A stretch of DNA of 64,000 nt from positions 1,860,001 through 1,924,000 of the forward strand of contig JBBPEB010000013.1 in the NCBI GenBank assembly GCA_039096225.1, given 5' to 3'. Source of the stretch: Blastocystis sp. Blastoise (taxonomy: Eukaryota > Protista > Bigyra: Opalinata). Under the pieces are notes generated by a model. It was not told where the DNA came from and did no database searches. It saw only the letters and a program-made list of their open reading frames with translations. Position 1 is the first letter of the stretch; every line of letters begins with the position of its first letter. Positions 51,796 through 64,000 of the stretch are shown piece after piece. Both the position numbers and the translations under genes were made by a program.

Positions 51796-53330
51796 GTTTA
51801 TATTTCAGCATATATATATACATATATATAGAGTTCTATTCGTTTCTGTATATCCAATATAAGTGCCTGTATTCATAACCAAAACCCCTCAAATAATAAT
51901 ATTTCTAATGAACAAATTATTCGTAATTATATATATTATTATTAAGATTATGATTATATTTTATATTTATATATTTGTAAATATTTATTATTATTATTAT
52001 TATTATATATACATATATATAGATGATTATATGACTTATATAATAAATTGTTTGACATCTATTCTTGATGGATTACAAACATTCAGTTCCCGCCAAATTG
52101 AGAATTCATCAGTCCCTCTTCCCCGCCAACCAGATTTAAATCCTTTTTATTTACATGTAAATGAAGAATTAATAGAGATTATGAATATGATTACTTCTCT
52201 CTCTTCTATATATATTAATACATTAGATGTATATGTACTTATTGTCAACTTATTAAAGAGTTATATTAATATTATGAAAAAAGAAATGTATTTTGTTTTA
52301 TTATTTATTTATAATATCTTAATAAAGCATATTATTATTATTATTATATATAACTATATATATAGTCTTCCTTTACTTCCTTCTCTGATCTCCTACCTAT
52401 TCTCTCTACCTACAAATCCTGATTCCTCTCTATATATAACAACTACCTCCCCAACACCCATTCAAACCCCTCCCACTACCGTCTCTACCCACTGCCTACC
52501 CACTACAGTCACCTTACCTCCCCTTTTAGGTCTTCAACTACTCTCACAAATTGTGGGTATGTATTGTGATTATTATTATTATTATTATGCATATTATTAT
52601 TATTTGTAATATTATTATTATAATATTTTATTATATATATAGGTCAATATAGATCTGATACCTATGATTCTATATATATACTACTTCCTCATCTCTCCTA
52701 TTATGTCATGAACAATTTCAACAACTATCAAAATGGCATATATTCATATTTATTATTATATACTTATACATATATATAGATTTTGAAAGTCAGATTATGC
52801 TGCAATTCTATTAATTTATATCCCTTCTCTTCAATTTATATCCCAATATATATATGAAGCCTGACATTCTTTACTATATGCCACTTTATTATACATATAT
52901 ATTTAAAGTATATTTTATTATTATTATTATTATTATTATTATAGGGTATGTATTGTATCAACTTGTTTTTTTAACTATACAATAACAGAAGAATATTAAA
53001 TAAAATGATGAAATAATAATAGCTAAAATATAGGAGCTATAAAAGAATTATATATAGGGGAAAATGAAGTTTATGTTTCTTATATATATACAGAAGATTA
53101 TATTTAGTTGTTTTAAATTAATGAAGCTATTAGTATATATAACTATTATTATTATTATTATTATTAATCTTACCTTCTTCTTAATCTATTATACTAAATC
53201 TATATCTTATTATTATTAGTATTATTTATATAAAATAAGCTTCTCTATCCATTCTTCTGTTAACTTCTCTTACAATCAATCGAACGAACGCTTTATGAAC
53301 ATAATAAACTGGAATAAAATATTATATATA
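48877..53330 (+). pseudogene. XPOT: Exportin-T (XPOT/Los1)-like gene: central exons (49766-52735) open, 5' and 3' exons with stops/frameshifts; outer bounds approximate
   Basis: IIDKGMSLDDK, DMDFLVILAELINIIGYEL, WRYIEALYHLISVFG, HKHVFVISILEETIYRY and GLQCQEKGLMKRSGYLLNKY parallel exportin-T motifs in the right order. An upstream exon reads CICL*ILQNY. Confidence 0.7.
50334..50419 (+). other. U12-type AT-AC intron in exportin-T-like gene, 86 nt
   Basis: Donor ATATCCTTT, branch-like TTCCTTCAT, acceptor CCAC. Phase-0 removal joins VLEILI to DYCSHIEQ, whereas read-through hits TAA. Confidence 0.82.
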
Positions 53331-55101
53331 TTTAATTACTATTTCATGTTATTATTCTTTTTATTATCTACTAAATACTATATATATATTCGTTTATAAT
53401 ATTATTTTGTTTAATTTATTTATTTCTTCTTTTATTTTATATCATAAGAATATTAATTAGTTTATTATTAACGTTTCTAGCTAAATAAGTAAGAGGTTTA
53501 TACATATATAGTTTTGTTTATAGTAATATTTTTTTTACACTTTAATTTCTATTAATACTCTTTGAATTGATTCACTAAAAACTTATTTCTTTATACATTC
53601 ATTTCTACAAGTATGTAGCAATAAAAAGAACCAGTAATTATTCATAAAAAATATTTTTAAAGAATTAGTCAATCAGTTTGTAAAAGTATATCAGATTTAA
53701 CATTTTCTTTTTTTAAATGACCTAACTATCATAATGAAGCAGTATATAATTAATATAATTACACAATTAAACACAATATGGTTTTCATTGTGTTCAAAAT
53801 TGGTCATTGCTCTTTCAGTGACCTAATTTTACTTACCATAACACAAAAATAAAAATAATAGTCATTGATTATAAATAGACAGTAACATTTAAACTATGTT
53901 AACTTTTTAGTATTCAGTCTCTCAAGAGATAAAAAAAGAGAAACCACTGAGGGGGTAAAATTAAAATTTGTTTTTATGTAGTGAAATTTTTTACAAATTC
54001 CGTTTTGGGGCTGGATTTTAATTTTTTTTATAAAAGATTTTCACATAATTTTTTTATTTATTAAATATTGTGTTGTTGCTGTTTTTGAATTATGATGTTA
54101 TCATTTATGACTCAAACAAATAGAAGATGAGCACAATGTTTTTCTTGGATTAAGTTAGGACTTCGTCTTTAGTGCTCTACTGAACAGGAATGACTTGGTT
54201 TGAAAGTTGTCTTCTTCTAGCTGGTGGTCCTTGAAGTATAATCGGTTCTTGATGTGTGTGTTCAAGGTATGCTATTTATTATTATTATATTTTTATCATT
54301 TTTATTTTAAACTTTTTATAGTCTTTCAGAATAGTTTTGAAACTAAAGATGAGGTGGCGCTTGATGTGTTTGTAAAAGGCATGCTATTTATTATTATTAT
54401 ATTTTTGATCAATTCTATGATTTGTGTTTGTAAAAGGCTGTCAGAACTGGTATAGAATTAGAAGGGACGATTGCTTTTGATATATTCTATATAAGCTACT
54501 TTATTTATTATTATTATATTATCAACATTTCTATAATTACATTTTTATAGCTACTCAAAATGGTCAAAAAACAATGCTTTGGGATGGCTGTTAAACATAT
54601 TAAAATACTATGTTAATTTATTAATTATTTATTTATTATTTTTGTATTTTGTTATTTTTATTGTTATTTTATTATACTACAATTGAGATGAAAATGAGTT
54701 GTTTTGAGAATAAAAAAGAATCTTAATTAAATGTAAATGACTTCTAAAATAACTTATTAGACCCTGTTAATGTGTCATTAATACCCACTTTACGCTAAAT
54801 AAGAGTAAATATGTGTTTTTATTTCGCGTGTTTATGTTCGTCAAGAGGCAAAAAGTGGTGTTGTTTCCGCCAAAAATATTTCTGAAACTGCTTCTTAAAA
54901 AAAATTGTTCACAGTCAAAAATGGTCCTCGAAGCGCCGGTTGGTGGTAACCTTTCCGTCGGTATGTGGTTTTTCCAGCACCAGGCGGTGGTTGTTTTTGA
55001 GGCTGTCTGTGGTGGTCCAAGCGCCACTTTGCTAAACAACAAAAACCTGCCTACAAGTGATAAATAAAAATGAATATATATATATAATTAAAAAAAAATA
55101 T

Positions 55102-57768
55102 TTAATTACTTGTAAATACTTCAAAATCGATTAGATCAAATTCATTTCTTTCATTTGGCTTATTGGTATCGATAAAGAAACTGCTTCCTAATTCAGGATA
55201 AGGATGAATATATTCAGGATTATCTTCACACATATAGTGTATTTTTACACTTGTAAATCGATCCTGATTTTTTTGAGTTACTAAAAACAAAAACCTGCAA
55301 AAAGAAAGTTCAGCATTTGGATCATTACTCATTAAGGCATTATTAAATCGTTTTGGATTCACATTTAATTTAGTATAATTATATCCATGAGGATTTGTTA
55401 ATGAAAATAAAAAGGCTTTTGAATCTATTCTCCATCCTACACCTTCTATATATATAATAATAGATATAATAGTGTATTTATTATAGAATAATAGTTGATA
55501 GTATAATAATAGATAATATAATAATAGATAATATAATAGTATATCAATAGTATATAATAGTTAATAATATAATAGTATATAATAATATATAAATAGTATA
55601 TAATATAATAAAAAACAGACTTCTTTCAGGTCTTGTATCATCTATATGATTCTTTCCCCAGCCAACACTAGTATATCCTCCAAATATATACGATTGACCA
55701 TCTTTTCTTTTTCCTTGTATAATCACTAATGATTCTTTATCATCACATTTCTCATGCCATTTCTTTATACTCCTATTCTCATCAGAACATCTATATATAT
55801 TAATATAATAATATAATATATAATATAATATAATATAATATAATATAACAGAATATAATATAATATAATATAATATAATATAATATAATATAATATAATA
55901 TAATATAATATAATATAATATAATATAATATAATATAATATAATATAATATAACAGAATATAATATAATATAATATAATATAATATAATATAATATTACC
56001 TATATAATAATTTCCATTGTTTATTTCCTTTAAACCATTTACTTATTTCAATACCCATTTCTTTAGTAATAAGATAAGAATTTGGTAAATATAAATAAGG
56101 ATTTGGTATTAATTCATAGACTTCATATTCATCAACAGTAAAATAATTAAATTCCTCTCTTCCAGCTGTGTTCGTAAATAAAGATCGGAATTGAGGAGTA
56201 AGAATATGAGAATATACATCATTGTTACCATTAACATAACTATTGTTATTATTATGACAATAATCTGAAATAGACATATTGAAGAAATTTGGACCACTAT
56301 CTTTATAACAATATAATGCACTAGTTGGCTTCAAAATATCATATTTAGTAGGAGGAATATTATGTTCATTACTTAATGTAAATAAGAAAGACCCACTATC
56401 AAATTTATAATCTACATATATATGTATTTATTTTGATTATGATTATTTATATATATATACTATCATCACTTCTAGATTCCCAATATTGAGTAGTATATCC
56501 TCCAAATATATTAATCTTATTATCATGACCTATATGTTTAATAATAGTTACAGTAGGACATTTATGATCACAGTATTTATGGAACTCACTTGCAGAATAA
56601 TTATATTCACTTGCTCTATATTTATTAATATTTATATTATTATAATTATGTATATATAGATGATTATATATAATAATAAATAATAATATATAGTAATATC
56701 AACCTACCTAAATAATAATTTCCATTGTTTTTCATTTCCAAGCCAATTATTAAGAGTATTTATATAATTACTATTTCCATTCAAAATAACACTGTTCACA
56801 AAATTAGTATTTTTTGATATACTGTAAGACATTGAATTACATATTTGATTATGTTTATATAACATCGAAGATTCTGAAGAAGTAGCAACTTTGATTTCTT
56901 TCACAATATTTTGTTCTACTAGATTCATATTTCTAGAAGAATTATTCATAATATCTTTAACTTCATTATAAGCAGTATTCATAGATTTAACATCATTCAT
57001 AATAGTAATACTATTCGCAGTAAGTAATTGATAATCTATTACTAGTTCTTCAACCTTATCTTTTATTATATTAGAATCATTTCTCAGTTGACTATTATTC
57101 ATAACTATCTGATTGATATCATTTTTAATATTCTTAATTTGATCTGTATCTTGTTTAATAAGAGACATACATTTCATCTGTGTATCATTTTGTTGTTTTA
57201 AAGTGTTCTTCAATTCATCACTATCCTTTTCAATTTTCTTCATCTCATTTCTTAATTCATTATTCTCATCACTTATCCTATTCATTTTAGTAAGTAATTG
57301 AACAATATTTCTATTCATTGTTTCCATATTGTTATTCATATTCGTAATCTCCTTCTTTATGAACTTTATATCATCGATTGGACCATTAGAATCATTGTTT
57401 CCAGTAGAGAGAACACTCAACTTCTTCAATAACTGACTAGGAGTCTTCACTTCATAAAATTCAAAGTCTTCTTTCAATTCTTCAAGTTCTTGTCTCGATT
57501 TCAAATCAAGATAAATTGGTTTTCCATTCATATATTCAATAATCAAATCTAAATTTCGATCGTCTCTTCCAATATAAACTCCATTCTTCTCAGGATTAGC
57601 TCTCTTCAACCATGATCTATAGAACCAACTACTATTCCAGAGAATTTTAAGCCTTTCTACAGAAATCCTACAACGTAATTGCTCGTTATCACCAAAAAAA
57701 ACAATATAGCCCTTATCAACACAAGGATAATTATCCATATGTTTCTCCTGTTCCAAATTACGAGTCAT
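55102..57768 (-). CDS. BTB-like domain + coiled coil + two TLDc domains
   Basis: GVYIGRDDRNLDLIIEYM...EDFEFY (BTB-like) and a heptad-rich middle, then twice WKLL(F/Y)R.S...(F/W)H..CD...IFGGYT...W...FLF(T/S)L.N...EV(Y/F). Confidence 0.88.
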
Positions 57769-59005
57769 CTGAAACAGTTTAATGAAAAGAAAAATATTAT
57801 TTTAAATATTATAACATTTTTCTTTACTAGCTTCTGTTTACAAAATAGTCTTTTAATAATTCTTTGGATCATCAATAATTCATAGTTTTTATTCAATAAA
57901 ATATAAACTATTACATAATTTAAATTCTGGTAATTAAGTATGATTAAAAACTGAGAAAGAATGGCAAGTGTCTTCTATAGAATCACATCGAATGGAACAA
58001 CATTTCTTATTATAATATTTATGAATAAAGACCATTATTCTAACTCATAGTTATAGTATATATATATAAACGTTCTTGAGTAATATAATATTTAAACTAT
58101 TGTTTGATGTTTTGCAAATAAGAGGGGCTATTCAAGCATTTCAATCCATTCATTTATTGAAATGAAATGATGTATTGTGAATTATAACATTAAGATTGAT
58201 TTAGTACTTTCAATCATTTTTAATATAATGTGAGAATAATATATATTGATTTTATTTGAAGAATCTAATTAACGCCCAGAACTATCATTATATCAATAGT
58301 TTTTGTGTATATATCTCTATTCTTTGTTTTTATTCTCGCTTATATTGTTCATAAATCTATGAATAAGAATAGTTTGTGGTTTTCTTTTTAATAAAGAGCA
58401 ATGTATCATTTTTACTGGGACAAATCAATTCAGTATGGATAGTATCACATATGTTATTGTGCGTAGTAGTATTCTTTTAAGCATAGTCAAGAAATTAATA
58501 AAAATTCGGGAAATTATCATCTTTTCTTAACATATAATTACTACTAGTGTTCTTCATTTCAAATGAATTCTCATGATTTGTATCTAAATCAAAAATTCAA
58601 AGAACGTACAGTGTAAATTCACCAAGAATCTTTTCAAAAAATACTAGACAATAAAGAAAACCTTTTGATTAATTAATGGAGTTAAAATTAAGCAGAAGAT
58701 CTTCTTTCCTATTTCCAGAATAATGTAAGATATAAACGAATTAATGAAAGAAAAAAAGAATAGTATCAAAACTTTCTAAGACATAATCACAGGAAAACCA
58801 TTTCATTTCAGTGTTTCTCTATTTATCTCCATGATTTATTTCAACTGAAAAAGGAGCAAGTTTTGAATTGACGTTCTTTGGATGACTTTTTTTTATTGCT
58901 TTATGTTTTTATAAAAAATTATTGGATAAGTAATCACATATTTAAAGTATACTTAATTTCACTAAAATATTTGTGATCATAGTATACATATAGTTCAATT
59001 GAGTC

Positions 59006-63226
<4,221 letters not shown>

Positions 63227-64000
63227 TACTAAATAATTTATATATATTTAATTTTTAATAAAATACAACGTTCCTATTTCAAATTATTATTCTATTGTAT
63301 TATATATATATATATTTAAATATACATAAGAATATATTTTACATATAATTTTTTATTAATAATTGTGTTCGTTTTGTTATTTTTTATAATTTACATTTTG
63401 AAAGATTATGTATAATTAAAAAAATATATTATTTATTATTCTTTTCTATCAAATTGTGAATAAATAAAACATTTTCAATTTGCTATTGAGTATTAAACAA
63501 GATTCATAAAATCTTGTAGTTAATAATAGCATATCTGTTTTAGATTTTTATCGTAAGAGCTTTTAAGATCAAATATCTACCAACTACAAAGCATTCTTGA
63601 CTCTTTAACATATTTGATTCCCATATTTTCTTCTGTTCAGTCAATTAATCTAAAAGAAAACAAATATTTCAAATATATGACAGAATTGAAAAGTATTAAC
63701 GTAGAAATAAATATATTAAAATGAAAATAATATGCAATTCATGATCATTATTTTCGTGAATTACAAATAGAATAGATTAACCAATAGAGTGATATGTATA
63801 AAAGTATATAAACATTACTAGATCAGAACAAACTAAAATACCAAAAGCTTTTCAACAAGAAATGAATGTTATTAATTTTTTAAGTAAATTTGTAAAAGAA
63901 AATTTTTTACATTTTTATTTTTATAATTTTATAAATAAAATAATAAATGTATGCTTACTTGGATACACATTCTGAGGATAGATTCCTGAAGTTTGGAGAA

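Larger units (their letters stand above)
46891..55059. mobile_element. Putative non-autonomous CACTA/CMC-like TIR DNA transposon (~8.2 kb) carrying a host gene
   Basis: Left end CACCTGTAGGCAGGTTTTT (46891-46909). Right end AAAAACCTGCCTACAAGTG (55041-55059), 18/19 inverted match. ATA on both flanks. GC-rich subterminal motifs TGGTGGT and AAGCGCC at both ends. No intact transposase seen. Confidence 0.78.

Noticed and set aside
54767-55067. ORFs 54767-55042 (-) and 54813-55067 (+) as genes
   Set aside because: They overlap the GC-rich subterminal repeats and TIR, have no recognisable motifs, and are expected by chance in higher-GC DNA.
55281-55298. CTAAAAACAAAAACCTGC resembling the right TIR region
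   Set aside because: It lies in the TLDc coding frame, is mostly A-runs and lacks the CTACAAGTG terminus. Probably chance.

Overview
Very AT-rich, intron-dense eukaryotic nuclear DNA. It is most consistent with an anaerobic stramenopile of the Blastocystis group (inference from a Helicobacter-type cholesterol alpha-glucosyltransferase, TGTTTGTT elements downstream of stop codons, ~36-45 nt first introns and nuclear genes for organellar translation). About 19 protein genes can be assembled by hand from GT-AG spliced exons: organellar AlaRS, rpS17, IF3, an AFG1 ATPase and a TPR protein, plus RNase H2B, a MAK11-like WD40 protein, an ankyrin-containing DHHC, PPIL3, SLC35A, an MRH receptor, a MORN protein, ARPC3, PNP, a biotin carboxylase alpha subunit, a GH35 beta-galactosidase, a BTB/TLDc protein and two hypothetical proteins. 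There is also an initiator tRNA-Met and a degenerate tRNA-Met. Most other ORFs in the track are microsatellite artefacts. Main findings: (1) an 8.2-kb element at 46891-55059 bounded by 19-bp CAC...GTG terminal inverted repeats, a 3-bp ATA duplication and subterminal repeats (CACTA/CMC-like), carrying a spliced exportin-T-like gene that is intact in the middle and broken at both ends; (2) frame-required AT-AC minor (U12-type) introns in PNP and the exportin-T-like gene; (3) a recurrent TTCCCGCG/CCCCGCGGGG motif in otherwise AT-biased exons; (4) the same TATCTCAGATA interruption in (TAA)n tracts at three loci, one of them translated as poly-Asn; (5) a 5'-to-3' gradient of intron expansion. All gene models were spliced by eye and no database searches were run.
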